Source of the DNA: Saccostrea echinata
Taxonomy: Eukaryota
NCBI RefSeq assembly: GCF_033153115.1
Contig: NW_026889750.1
Coordinates: 10,168,001-10,232,000, forward strand
Direction of reading: 5' to 3'
DNA length: 64,000 nucleotides
In this document: positions 13,910 to 28,200 of the stretch, in pieces
How the letters are laid out: each line of letters begins with the position of its first letter
How positions within the stretch are numbered: the first letter of the stretch is position 1
Position numbers and translations under genes: made by a program
Notes under the pieces: model-generated
Seen by the model: only the letters and a program-made list of their open reading frames with translations
Told to the model about the DNA's origin: nothing
The model's database searches: none

Positions 13910-16900
13910 GTAAGTATATTTTTTCTGCAAAGTATAAGTATATACCTGTAATTTCATACGCGACAGATAAAAATCTGGGGAAAGCGCCGTTTTAGATTTC
14001 AGAATACCTCGACCAAAATTTGGAATCACCTAGGCTTGACAGCTCGTGTTTCATGATTATAACCTCACTTTGGATAGTAATTTTACTGGAATTATGTTTT
14101 CTTTTGAAAAAAAGAGATTATTTGAAAGTGATAGTCTAGTAAAAACTAATTGGAATAATATATTTGCCGTAATTTCTGTTTATAGGTAATTGTCAAAATT
14201 TCTTTAATAGCACACTTTTTTCTGTTCATTGAAAATTTTTTTAAAGAAAATTGAAATTTAAAAAGTGGATAAAAATAATTTTATTTCATATAAAAAGTCT
14301 AGAAATTAATTTCAAAAATGTAGAAATTAATAAAATTTTAAATGTAAATAAATTCTAGTTCAGTTTTTTTAATTTTAACAAACATCTTTCTGATTTTTTT
14401 TTTAATTATTTTTTTTTTCATGAGCACTGTCTTGTATGAGCCTCACACGGCTGAACTAAAGAGCCCTCACTTTGATGCCACTGATGGTATCAGAATATTT
14501 GGTTATTTTTCTTTAATACAATGTAGTTAATCATAACTTTGCCTAGCAGGATTTCAAATCATCTGTCTGAAATTCTCTATCCTAGTTGGTTGGATGTGTT
14601 CTCTAAAAGGTACCTAATGCCTAAATTGCAGTGATTATCAGTTATAATAATAATTTTTTTAATCAGATTTTATTTTTTATTTTATTTCCTGTGTGCTTCC
14701 TTTCCTTTTATAAGAGGCACCACAGCAATTATCAAAAGAAACTGAAATTTTATGTGTTAAATAAATGTTAGACAATTTTTGTAGACAAACTGACAGTTAT
14801 AATCAAGTTAATGGATAAAAAATAAAGATTGGAATGTTGTAATATAAATGCCCCAATTAAAATGTTTAAAAATACCATACCCATAAGTATTTAGTACTGT
14901 AGGAGATGCAAAAATTGAGTTAAATCATCTTGGTGTCTGTCTAAAAAATGTCAAATTGGTCATAAATGTTTAACTGATGATGGAAATGGATATTATTAAT
15001 GTAAATATCTGAAACTTTCAGTGGAATTGAAAAGGGGGTTTATCAATGTTTAGTACTTATACAGGTAACATCTGTCTGTGGTCGACAGTCTCGGATTTCT
15101 TTAATGGGAGATTTTCATTTAGATTAAGTGACATAAAGAAATTTCAGCACCATGTAATTGGGTGTTTTAATAAAATCATGATTTAGACTGACAGCGAAAT
15201 GCAGGGCGAGGAATTTGTTATATATTTAGAGAAATCTACTCTATTCATCAAATGCTAAGAAAAACATTTACTTTAACAGCTTTTTAAATAGGCAGGATTT
15301 TTTCAATTAACACCCCTTATGAATGGGGGGAAGGTTTCCACCACCAAGGAGCCCCTGGTTAATTCCCTGATAAGACAAGAGAAAACACACAGGGCCTTTC
15401 TGACAGTATTCTGTGTGAGCTTGCTGTCCAAACAACATGATCTCTTGTCTTCCAAAGAACACGGGAATGTTCTTCTTGCTAAGTGACAGTTTCGTCGCTA
15501 GGCCATGGCTTGAAATGCTTTTCGCTCCATTGATATTCGGCTAAAACAATACCTGTAATTTCCTGCTGGATTTTTTTTCGTTCTCTAGCCTCCAGTCATT
15601 TGGAGACGTGGCACTTTGATGTGCTAATTAAGTCATCTAACTGTCAGCCTTCCTCTTCTTACATACATAAGTAAGAAAGCTCTGGCTATATAGTTTTACT
15701 GTTTTGGGATCCAGTGTATATTTTTTCTGTTGAAATAACACCTTAATTTATGGCCATTCATTTGTTTTATGTAACCTTTAGGCTACAAGTTCTCTATATA
15801 CGCACTTGTAATTCTCTCCTTTTGCTTTGAATCTGATTAATTGTAGTTAATTGTTTATTATTGATCATTCGATCAATGTTTTCTTTGATTTTGTGAGACC
15901 AATTGACAAAGTTTCTTCCCCTTGGGCTCTGTTATGGTGTGGAGTTATCTCCCTTTGATTTTTGTCTGCATGGTTATAGAGTGATTTGTTAGGGGTAATC
16001 ATGGTGATTTGGACATGATGATTTTAATCTTACTAGCTGATCATGTCCAAAGAGATAGTTATCTGCTTTGTTACTGGAAGATCACAAGAAGATTATGTCT
16101 AAGTTCAGTGTGAACAGTGAGGCCCTATATAACTGTTTAAGTAACTGTACTTGGGTATTAACTAATGCTCATTCCCCAGATGTTGTGTATTAATTTGGTA
16201 TCTGATCCCCCATGCAAGTAACTGATGAAAAGTCTTTGCCATGTGATACCCTTATACCACCATATTCCTTCACAGAAGTCCTGCACCTTGGTTGTGTGAA
16301 GTGTTGTGAAAGACACATTGTTTTTCTTCAACTAGAAAAGGCATTCTTTTCACTGAAGTATTTATCCCAGATAATGGGATTTACACTAATGGGAATGAAT
16401 GTGAATGTTTTAATATCTTCTTAAATACTTTTTTTCTGGGGACTTGATGAAAGTGCTTTCAGATATCAGCTTATTCTGTATAAGACTTCTAATAAATGTT
16501 CACCCCATTAAACACCCCTGACACTTGTGGGAGCATTTCATTTTTTTTTCACAAAACCTTATATCTAAGCTTCTTATGAATTTTTTGGCACATCCTGATC
16601 TCTAATTTTTCACATGTCTCCAGATCAATATTGATCTATTTAAAGTAATTCCAGGTCTTTCAATACTTTTCTATTACATCCCATTATACAAACAAGTGGT
16701 CAGGGAATAAAACAAGAAACCCAAAAATTCAAAACAAGCGATCTGTTGAAAATTTGTATCCCTTTATTTGGGAGAAATGTCTTTGAAAAGAGGTCTGTTG
16801 ATTTAGGCGGCAGCTGAATACATGAGAATGAAGGACAAAGAAGAGATTAGAATTCTCTGTCTGTTAAGTAAAGAGAATGATTGAGGTATAGGTTGCAGAT

Positions 16901-19900
16901 TTTTTCCTCGAGGCTATTTCTCCATTAGTTAAACAGGCTAACAGATTACATTATTGTTGCCAAATGCATGTATATTCACATTTTTGTTTTGAAAACAAAA
17001 AAGCGGGCCTAATGTGCAGTGAAATGAAAGTTTTAAATATCTTGGTGTGGAATGAAAAGGTCCCACTAAGTAGGTAGTATTCAATAACAATATTTATTGA
17101 TTGCAAGTAGAATGTTGATGAAACATATGATGGGATAGTAAATCTGAAAAAAAAAATTCGAAAGAAATATTCTGAAAATTTATAATGGTCAATTAAAGAA
17201 ATGACTTCATTTAGAATGACATTCCAAAAAAAAAAGTTGTCACTTTACTTAATGTCTGATTGTAACCAATATTGTTATGCCATAGTTTGAACAAGATTGT
17301 CAATTTTGATTAATGTATTAACAAGACAGACAGAACACCAGAACAATTAACACATATATTTTTTGCCACAATAAAAGCTACTGTCCAGCTAGGTCATATT
17401 TCACTGTAAAGAGAATGTCCCCAAAAGCTTATACCTGATCATATAATGATCATGAACTGTCGGAACAAGTTGATCGCTAAAGGCAATCAGTGATACGTCT
17501 TCATTTGTTTGTGTGACATAGTGTCCCCAAATTTGGATACCAAATAACACTGATAGACATCACACTTGTTCAACATTTCACCAAAGTGAAAGTTTTATGT
17601 CTTTAAGTGATTTTTGTGTAAATGTTAGGTTTATGGCTTGAGAAATTGGGAAGATGGATGGATTTCAATATTAATTACATTTTATTACCTTTAATAAATC
17701 TTATGACATGAAAAATTTAAAATCAAAAATGTTATTTGAAAAGCTTTCATTCAGTTTATTTGTAGGATTTTCCTTTTCTTTTAGTAGGGGGGAGGGATTC
17801 TCAGACCTGTTAAAATGTCTTGATGGTGCATCTGACATGTACAAAGAAATCATAACGATTTGCATGTTATGGAATGTCATGTTTTTCCTTAAAGGTTTGC
17901 AAATATCAAATAACACCTGTATTAAAAGTTATTTATCTTCCAAGGATTAAAAAGGTGTTCAATGGAAGAGGAAATTAGGAACATCTGATAGCATTTGATT
18001 ATTGTGGTGAATGCATTGGATTAGGAGTTTGTGAAATGTGAATTCTCAGTCTGGGCAAAAGTAACATTATCTGGTGTATCAAAGGGACCATACCAATAAT
18101 CTACATAAATTTTCCTAGCGAATAAATTTGCAAAACTATTTTTGTTTTTTGAGAAGTAGCATCTGCAATGCAAATTTTGACTTTTGAGCATGTACTTTTT
18201 AGTACATATGAGGGTGATTAATTTGAATCCACAAGTAATGAGTTGATAATTAATTATGAAACTCTTTAATTAGAATTCACCCTTTCCTTAGAATACGTCC
18301 TTAATACTAGCAATCATTTACAGTACAGCTACCAAGAAAAACAAAGTTTAACAAAGTTTGTGCATCAAAATAACTTATTAATTATTATATAGTGAGATGT
18401 TCAATAAACTCTTTCCTTTAAAATTTTCTTTAAATGCTTGTAAAATATTTCAGAAAATTAACCCCCAGAACTGCCATTGATTTAACATACATGAGTGTCA
18501 GAATACTTGAAAATTGATTGTCCATTTAGGTGTGTGGAATGTCTTCGTTCCTGCCCTGCTATAAGATTCACCTGTACCTAGACACACTGCCTATCTAAAA
18601 CATAGGATCAGTTGCGCTTTGTTCTTTCCTGTGCAAAGAAGATATGCTTAGACATAAATCTTTTGAATCTACATTATTTTCCTAGAGCCAAGTGTTTTTG
18701 TTAACTTCATTTTATACCTGGACTGCATTTGGGTTTCTGAAAAACACAGTTTACTTGGGCTATATTTTTACCTGGTGTCTCTATTTCAATAATGCTCTAA
18801 TACCAGCCTTTTCAGAGGTATTTGTATGGGTAGAGACTTTTGATTAATTCATGCCTGAGTCGAGTCCAATCTTTTTTATCAGTCATTTCTTATTAAAATT
18901 TGTAAATGATGACTCTTCTCTGCATTGATGCCACAGGAGATTTCATTGAAAGTTTGTGTCATTGAAATTCATCTTTTACCCGGCACTAGCCAATTACACC
19001 TAACGCAAGGCCCCTCCAAATATTTAGCGTCGTAGTGTCACTTTAACTGTGGAAATGCAATCTTGACGGCTTTGCATGTTGTGCAAATATTTACTCTGTA
19101 AGATTCTTTGTCAGATGTGATAATTACTTTCCTTGGATAAGTTGCAAGTACACTCTATGACATCTTCTCTCGAGCCCCCTTCCATTCAGAGCCACCTATT
19201 GTCCAACCTCTGAGCCAATATTTACTATTGTCTCTATGCTAATTGAAGCAGAGGATTTGGCAACCATTTGATGAGATGTTCATGTTGACTCTAGGTAGAT
19301 AAAGTCCACTTGTTGTAATGAGATTAAACCCAAAGTTTATCTACAAAAATTTGGTTAAGTGAAAGTTTATCTGCTCATGAAAGTTTTGTGGTCTGAAACC
19401 TAGTCTAGATATTTCTAAACTGTGCCCTATCATTCCTTTGCTTTTTTATAAATTGCTCATTTTTAGTTATCACATAACTTATATGTTTTAAATGTGTCAA
19501 TTCAACGAATAGTGCTTGGTCTCAGCTATGTGTACCACCACCACCGCCATTTTGTTTTGACACAGTCCTAGTGTTTTGGCAGCAATATAAAATATCAATA
19601 CTTCTTTTCCTATCTTCTTTTTAAATAAATTGATGATTTACTGATATAAACACTTGAGTATAAACACCAGATGAGTAGCAATACTATGAACCAATGTAGT
19701 GCTAGAATGATCAAGTCTCCAAATGTAAAACTCGCTCAGAAATGTAACTCTTGACCCTTAACCAGAAAAGCTTTGAAGCTTGATTCCCCAAATCTCTCCA
19801 CCTGCATTATGGCAAGTTTTGTGAATATTATTGTCATAAATTAATTTTACATTAAGGATTTGATGATACTTCAGGTAGTCAGATTGTCTGGTTTCAAGTG

Positions 19901-22221
19901 CTCAAGGAAAGACGCGATATTCTTTACAGTAAATACCCCTGTTGGCTCGGCCCCCCTAAATGTCAATTCACCCACTTCATGGGGATATCATGAGGCCTGA
20001 TGCATCATTTTATTATGGTACTTTCAATGGGTGATATTGCAATGACATACATTAATGTATATATTTATGAGTGTTCGCATTTCCATGTGGTTCATATTTA
20101 TGCCAGTCCCCATAAGAAAATTTAGCAATAAATTTTCTAAGAGGCTCCTGACTTGGCCAATACACAAGCAATAAGTAAATGGGGGTTACAATGCATATAA
20201 TGCCTGCTGTGATTAAAGTTTTATGTCTCCATCCCATCAAGTTTCATTGCTATCATTTAAAATTCAACACTTTCACTGCTTCTTCAGTTACACATTTTCT
20301 TGATGAATTGACATGCTCCTGAAATTCTACATTAGTGGGACTATGGATCCTAATAATGAGATGTCAAATCGGCTGAGATTTCATCAAAAGATAACACCTC
20401 AAGATTGCATAAAAAATTGCCAAGTGCCGCAAATGTGCACATCAACTGATCTTGGTGTGTTCTTATGTAAATGAAGGTCTGTGATCAAATTGATTGATAA
20501 CATATACCATGAAAATGCAAATTCCTCTTTTTTCCTCTCGCTAGTTGGGAAGCTATTAAACGTAATGTTGGACACTATGAGAGAGTGAGCTGGCATCAAA
20601 TTACCAGTCTGAAATTTAAATAATATTCAAATTTCAAGGTTTCATACGTTATGTCTGACTTGCATTTAATTATTTTAAAAAAAGATTTTTTTTTTTTTTT
20701 GCATTTAAAAAGAATCTGAAAACAGGTACTGTTTGTTCCTAATGTATAGGGAGCAAAATTATTTGGTACTAAAAGAATCGATATTGAGTTAAAAAATCCT
20801 GCATTCTGTAGTATTTTCATCGCTGGTGTAAGTAATGCAAGTTTTCTTCCAAAATATTTTGGTATATGACATTTTAATCAGACAAACATTCTTGTTTTAA
20901 AATTTTTTATCTGGTTAGATTGAATATATTGATCCATTTTTGACACTTAGGCAGCTACAGTTTTATCATTGTATTCAGTTATCAAAAGCAGGATTGTTTG
21001 AGGTTGTTTCTCATCAACTGGGCAATGACTTGAATATTGAGAAAAAAAAAATTAAAGCAAAACACAAATTCAGATTTTTTTCAAAATCATGTTTTTCACA
21101 AACTAGCTCCTATGTAAATTGGAAGGAAAAAGTGTCCAAGAAACAATTTGAAAATTTATCTCAAAAGTGAATCTGTGTTAGAACATTATGAGACAGGATA
21201 AATCAAATTTTCCTTGGCGATAAGACAAAATTGCCATGAAACTTGACAGAGAAGCCCACTACACGATTGCTGTGTAATTTTTGTGATTGAGGTTTGATGG
21301 AAGTCTTGTTAACATGTTGCTGACTTATTCCGTCAGCGATGGGACTATAAATCTGATTAGTTTAAAAGTCATCTTTCACCATGTACATTCAGCGGGAACA
21401 GTTTCATCAGTCAATTATATGTTTTTTTCCTGAACGTTTATGTTTATTTGCCCTAGGTCAAACCCCATTTGGAAATGAATCAAGGCAGTGGAGTACAATT
21501 ACTCACTGCGAGGACTGGAATGCAGTACTATTGTAATTCTTGTAAGGTGTTTCATTAGATCAAGTTTCATCAATTTTTATTCAAAAGTAATTTGAGATAG
21601 GTCCTTTAGATTTTAAACCAGAGAAATTATCATCTGCTTGGCTCTCTTTTCACCGACCGTGGCGATCTGTCTCCAACTCTACTGTTTTTAGTGGTGTCAA
21701 TTTTCGTCTGTTTGTACAATATTTTTAAATTGTCTTTCAGCTAAAAAAAATTAGCTCCCGGTGACATCCACTTGTAAAAGGTTAGCAACTGTGCAGATAG
21801 AGTTCCGTTCTATTTTTATGTGGATGTCAGCATTAGATTAAACACTGTTTAAACATTGTTTTTATACAGTGAATGTTTCTTTTGCTTGAAAATCTGATTT
21901 TCATTGACAAGTATACAGTTAGATATTCATTGAAAATTAGAGGGGAATTTGCAAATTCTTAAACATTTGGGGACTGGAAACCAACGAGTAAGAAAAACGA
22001 TAATCTCTCCAAATATTCTACATGGGAAAGGAACTTTATGAGAGGCTTGTAGTTTTTTGCTAGAGATAGCCGATGATGTTTCCAATGAAATATCATTGCT
22101 TTACTATTGCTAATTATTGACAGATACCCAGCATAAATTGACTTAGAATTATTGATTTATTTTTTTTTTTTAGTTTTTCTGACACATTGAGATGTTTTAA
22201 AATTCTTGTATCACAGTAATC

Positions 22222-22243
22222 AGAGAGAGAGAGAGAGAGAGAG
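22222..22243. repeat. (AG)n microsatellite
   Basis: direct reading. Confidence 0.9.
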
Positions 22244-25200
22244 AATAATTACAATGGTCAAACTTCCATAAGAAAAACAATCATTCTTAGCTATATAAAA
22301 AATTGTTACACAGATAACTTATTACAACAAAATCAAAAATAATATTTTAATGCATATCAGGCTATGGAGAAACCCTTTGCTTTAGGGAAAATTATGAATT
22401 TTATGTCCTGATCATTATTTACCCATAAAGATTAGGGTGTGTTGAACTAAGAATGGGATATAGCCAGTAACAGGATACGCTTGAATGGAATACTATTTCT
22501 GTACATGTGTTCATCTCCTCAGACAACCATTTTATCACCATTATTAGTCTATATTATCAGATTATGTGCCTCTCCATCACTAATGCACAACTTCCATCAA
22601 AAAATATTTTAAAAGGCTTCGTGAATCTAGCCCCATCTTAATGTTTTATGTTGTTGAGTTTTGAGGTCATTGATAAAAATTTTAAAAATCAAAATGATTT
22701 GATATTTGATGTATTTTTTTTTTTATTTATAATTGATAAAAATGATAATCTGCTGTGTTTAGATGTGTATGTACTAGTCTGTGCACCTCTATAAAACAGA
22801 GGAAGTGGTCATAATGGGTTTTTATTTATCTATGTACGTTTTAAGTAGGTTGGATATTGTTAATGTTTCCTCCCATTTGCTTTTTTTTCTACGTCTCAAA
22901 CCCCAGTCAACCTGAACTGGTGTACTTATAAAGACAAGAAAATTTAAAGTTGATTCATTAAAGATGTAGGCTGTAAGTTGACTGAATCTGAGGGAAATTC
23001 CTCCTCCACAACATTCCTCTTCACCACCTGATGCAGGAGCATGCCCAAGGCCTTCTTGTGTAAACCCTGATTGTTTGCTGAGTAAACTTGGCAAATGGAC
23101 ACTCTCACTGTTTGGGAGGACATGGTCAACAGACAGAGTGCTCAGCTCCATCTTTCTGTGTATGAAATGTATCAATTGTCATGACAACCTAGATGGACAC
23201 AGGTGTGATGGTATCTATAAGACATGAAGCAAAGATTTTGTCCCCTCCATTGTTGATGACCATAATGGAAAATTCTATTTAGAGTAAAACCACTGTAATT
23301 GAATAAACCGGCAGTGCAGGCATCCCCCTCCACTTTATCTATTCAGTCAATACATTGATCAAAAAAAAGTTTTAATCCAAAATTTCAAATAGGTGAAGAG
23401 GTGCAGTGTTCAAGCTTTTTGTGAGCCTTTCTTTCCACACAAGATGATTTACCAATAGGTGTTCAATTCTTAAAAGATTTTGCTTTTTTAAGCTGAGTTC
23501 CTGACCAAAGGTTGCACCACACCACCCTGAGAGCTTTGTATGTTTTTGTTCAGTTTGAATACCCTGTACAAAATAATTTTCATTTGTTTAGTTGAGTTGA
23601 GAAGTTCTCTACTTGGACCAGATCATTGTCATAACTGATATTTTAAAGCTTTGTATCTAATCGGTGTAGGGTATTTTTCACCCAGTAAATTGCTCCACAG
23701 AAAAAAATTCTCCATTTATTCTCAGTGTCATTATTTTTCATAGATATGGCCATGATAGGCAATAGTGTGATGCAATAATTGTCATATGAAGGGTTTAATG
23801 TCTTACTTCTCCTAAATTTAATTTTACCTGCAGTAAAAATTGTGATTTTTCTCCTAAAAATTTACATATAAGCACCATAATTTGCAACAAAGTTGTCAAA
23901 GTCAGCACATTGAGGCATAATTGATTCATTCCAGGGTATCATAATTAACAAAATTGAAACCATATAAAACTGGAAACATCAAGTTGATTTCCCACTATTC
24001 AATCAAAACTGGAGTTAATGTGTTAGCTTTAGATAAATGATATAGATTGAGCTCACTGAATGGATTATGTTTGCATATTCCAAGTTTGAAAGTAAAAATT
24101 TTGCTTCCAGGGAAATTTATCAGCTATGATTTTGTTCCTTGGATGTTCAATCCCTTAAGGTGCACTCTGCATCATACTGAATGTCTCTTTCGTAATTGTT
24201 TGTGAAATATTCAAATTAAGTCAAGGTGCAAGACTTAAGATAGCATTCAATGAACTGTGAACATACCTGCATAGATAACAAATTTTTATGTTATTGTGAT
24301 ATATAAATATTCTCATAAAATTCCTTCATGAGTTGGTTAGATTATTTTTTGTTGGTTTTAAATTGCAAGAAGTAACTGGTAGGTCTCAAATTGTGCAATA
24401 TTTATGTTAATACACTTCCATAACTGTTATATTTCGGCACCTGTTACTTGTTACCAGTTACCATAATTGAAATATGAGATAATAATATATGACTTGATAC
24501 CATAACTCGAGTATAAAATGTGTGAGGCTGGGTTTAAGTGTAGGGGAAACCGTAGACAACCGTGCAATAGGAGAGCTGTTCCCAGATGCTTTATCAGTGC
24601 CTGGCATGCTGAACAATTAGGAAAAGGTGTATAACAAACACACAGTATGTCATCTAGGTACATTATGGTACATTTCACTCCCTCTCAGTTTTTCTGTTGG
24701 AATTTCCTCCAATTCATCTGTTTGATGTTATCTTTGGAGAAATCTTTTGGTTGCTTTGAGCACCTCTAATGAGGCATCAGACAGTTCATTCTTTTTTTCT
24801 TTCATTTCTGAAAAACAAGTAGCACTCCAACAGTGCAATTTTGAAAAATAATATATATGTTATTGAGTAGCCAAGTAATGTTGTTACTTCCCATTAATGT
24901 AAACAATTTCCACATGAAACTAAACATTTGTGTAATTGTTTGAGAAAAGGATGGAATTTGAATGTTTTTTTGATTTATCAGAAAATAATTTTCAAACCTC
25001 CATGTAGATTCTATTTTCAGAAGACATGTTCTTGGTGTCTTAGGTATGTCTGTGTACTGTTTTGTAATCAGGGCTATTTTTCTCTGTCATCTGGCTGGTG
25101 TCCATTCTTGACTTGCTTCCTAGGGTGAAAGTCAATTGCTTCTTGTTTGGTGGTACACACTACAGACAGCTGGTTGTCCTCTTGTAACAGTGTGACAAGA

Positions 25201-28200
25201 GGTTGAGCAACAGAGGGGTTGACCGTCATCATTAGCATTCACAACACTGTGAAGATTTACAGCTTATTTGTTTGTGGTGAATTCAGAATTTGGGGACCTT
25301 CTTAAAAGCCACTTTGACAAACCGTGTTGGGGACTTTTAAAAAAAGATCTTATCAACCTCTTGAGGGAAATGTGTTTGCCCATTGTTCCGGCCCAGACAT
25401 TTGGTGGAAGGCCTTTAGTGGATGACATATTATTTTTCTCTCCTTAAATGGAATCTTGTTGGGGTCTTCACCAACTTATTGTCTGCACTCACCTACATAC
25501 AACAAAGGGGACTACTGCAGGAACAGATACCTAAATAGATTCTTGGAATCAAATTGCCACTATCTATTTTCCTCCCTCTTGCACAAATGTGTAACATATA
25601 TGTATCGGTTTTTCTGTGCCATTTGCATACTAAAAAGAGAATTTGTGTACCATGAATGAAAAATGCTTTGTAAAGAAAATGGCAAATGGTTGCAAAGAAG
25701 GATAGAAATTTAGGAGAAGGAAAATATTAACACATTTTGTTTACTTAAAAAAAAGCATAAATGTTTAGAATGCAGTGAAGAATTTTAATGGCTGCAAAAA
25801 ATGCTTAGGAGAAATTTTATAACTGGGTAGTTTGCAGTAAATTATTTTGATGGCCTTAGAAGGTTCCTATTTGACTTCAATGATTTGGAGGCCATTGAAT
25901 TTACTAAGTATCGATTTTTAGTATGTCCTGTGTACCCAAACTTCATCAAGGGATTTTTAATGTTGCTACTACATCTGCTAGTTACAGCACACAGCAGTTG
26001 GTCAAGAGAACTCAAGTGACCTACACAGATCATGTTGTGGCATTATGTTTCTGAAAGGTTCATTAACTAAGCATTATAGCTTGTGTAAATCTATTAATGG
26101 ACAATAGGAGAGAGACAGAGGTCACTCTCACTTAATTTCAGTGTGATTTTAATGAAGTTTCACATTTACACAATAGAATCGCATAACAGAGGCACTTGGA
26201 ATAGTTTCCTTCCAAAATGTGGCAATTGCTTGCCAGCTGGCTGTGTATGCCAAATGTATGGTTGTTAGAAATTTGTAAATTGTGGACCACAGTGAATAAG
26301 AGGATGAACAGAATAATAGGAATATTGCTTATCTGAGTGCCCTGACCATGGATACAGTGACTTATGATTACCCATGTCCAGTCATAAATCTTGGTCAGAA
26401 CAAGACAATGGCCAGTTCTCAGTGCCCATACATCTCCCAAGTGCAATAATCTAAAACAGGAAATGCAAATTGTTAGCATTATCAACCTTCTCCAGGGAGG
26501 CTGGAAATTAAGAGGGGTATACTCATCTAGGGATGTCTAAATGAGGGAAAATGCTGGCTAAGTGGTCCATGGCCCTTATTTTGTAGAAGGAGAGCTAATG
26601 GACATTGATCTGAGGTGGTGGCAGTCAGTGGCTGTGATTGATAGCTGTCTTGGGTTTGCAGAGTCTGAGATTAAGTCTAGGGGTATGTGTGAGACCAATT
26701 TGCAGACATGCATGTGGGGATTGCACTTTAAAATGTCATGTTGCTTTTTTATATATTGAAATAGTCAATTATTTGGGGATTTATATGTTCTTTATTTTAG
26801 CTACAGACAGCATTATGACAAGAAGAGTTAGTCACAAGTTTTACAGTACAAATGGTTCCCCTTTAAGATGCTGTTGTATGTGTAACTCAGGTTTTAAAAT
26901 TTCTCTTCTGAGAGATTGGTTACTTTCTCCAGTACTATGTGTTTAAATATAGTTTGCTAATGACAAAGATTTCTTTAATTTAAAATTTGCAAGGAATTAA
27001 TTTTCTATCTCATTCCCATTTGCAACATCTAGTGCACGTTTTCTTAATATATAAGTATTGATTTATTTTGTGAACAGAATCTGTACCCCTGTCATACTGG
27101 TAACAAACATACAATTCAAATTTAATAATTCATAAGCATCTGGTATTACATTGTTGAGTATAAGAGGGGAGATGCCTTACGTGGGACATTAACATCTTCG
27201 GGAATTACATTCTATTTATTTAATCATATCTGAATTCTATTACCACCACCACATATGTGGTAGCTAAATGGTGAAGAACGAAAATCCATTGATTAAAGGT
27301 TTATATACATATTCCCTTATTCTCATCCACACAATGCTGATGCGATAGATTGACATATATATTTCATTTAAGTTTTTCGTGTCCCAGTGATGAACTAATC
27401 TTCCTTTATTCTGTTTAACAAATTCACAGAATTAATATTGGAAATGGGTTCACATCGATACCAACTTAAAAACAGTTTTATTGAAAATTAAGCCTCAGGC
27501 ACACGTTGGCAAATTGAATATCGATGCTGGTGATCAGATTTATTCATCCCTTTGTTTAGTTCAACGGAAAAAATCAGGGATTGTTTTTCATACAAATGAA
27601 TTCAGAAAATGTGTTGGACATGTGCAAAGAATCATCTCACTTTAGGGGGAGGAAATTTATGGAAGGAGCACAAGTGAGGTCCAACCAGAATCCATTATTT
27701 TTATGGTTATTGCAGACTAAGTGATACTTAATTCTTCCATTCTTAATAAACTGTAGGATATTATTTATACATGAAAAATGAAAATTTTCCTTGTGGTTAT
27801 TACAAAGTAATGTAAGGGGGTCTTTTGGAGACTTAGCATGACTCAAAATGTTCAAATATTGCTGAGCCAGTTTGCTGTCAAGTTACCTCATGTCCTTTTT
27901 TTTTTTTTTTATCTCTTTGCTATAACTGACCACCCATAAATATAGTTGATGTGGTCACTAAATCTTCATTTTCTAAAGATTTAAAGTTTTTCTGAATTTT
28001 GTTTTAATACATATGTACTTATTTGGAGGATTAAAGGTACTTAAAACCTTACCCAGGGTGAATTAAGGTTTCTTTAAGACTGCTCAAAATAACATACAGG
28101 AAGTGTAATCGGAAGAAATCACCAAAAGAATGTGTTCATAAAAATATATCAAAGAGGATGCACTTTATTTTTATTTTTTGTCTTCAATGGATGAAGAAGA

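Noticed and set aside
13721-14029. 102-aa minus-strand ORF
   Set aside because: Antisense shadow of ephrin exon 1
22822-23175. 117-aa minus-strand ORF (and similar 10811-11173, 26138-26485)
   Set aside because: No family motif or convincing splice signals; lengths expected by chance
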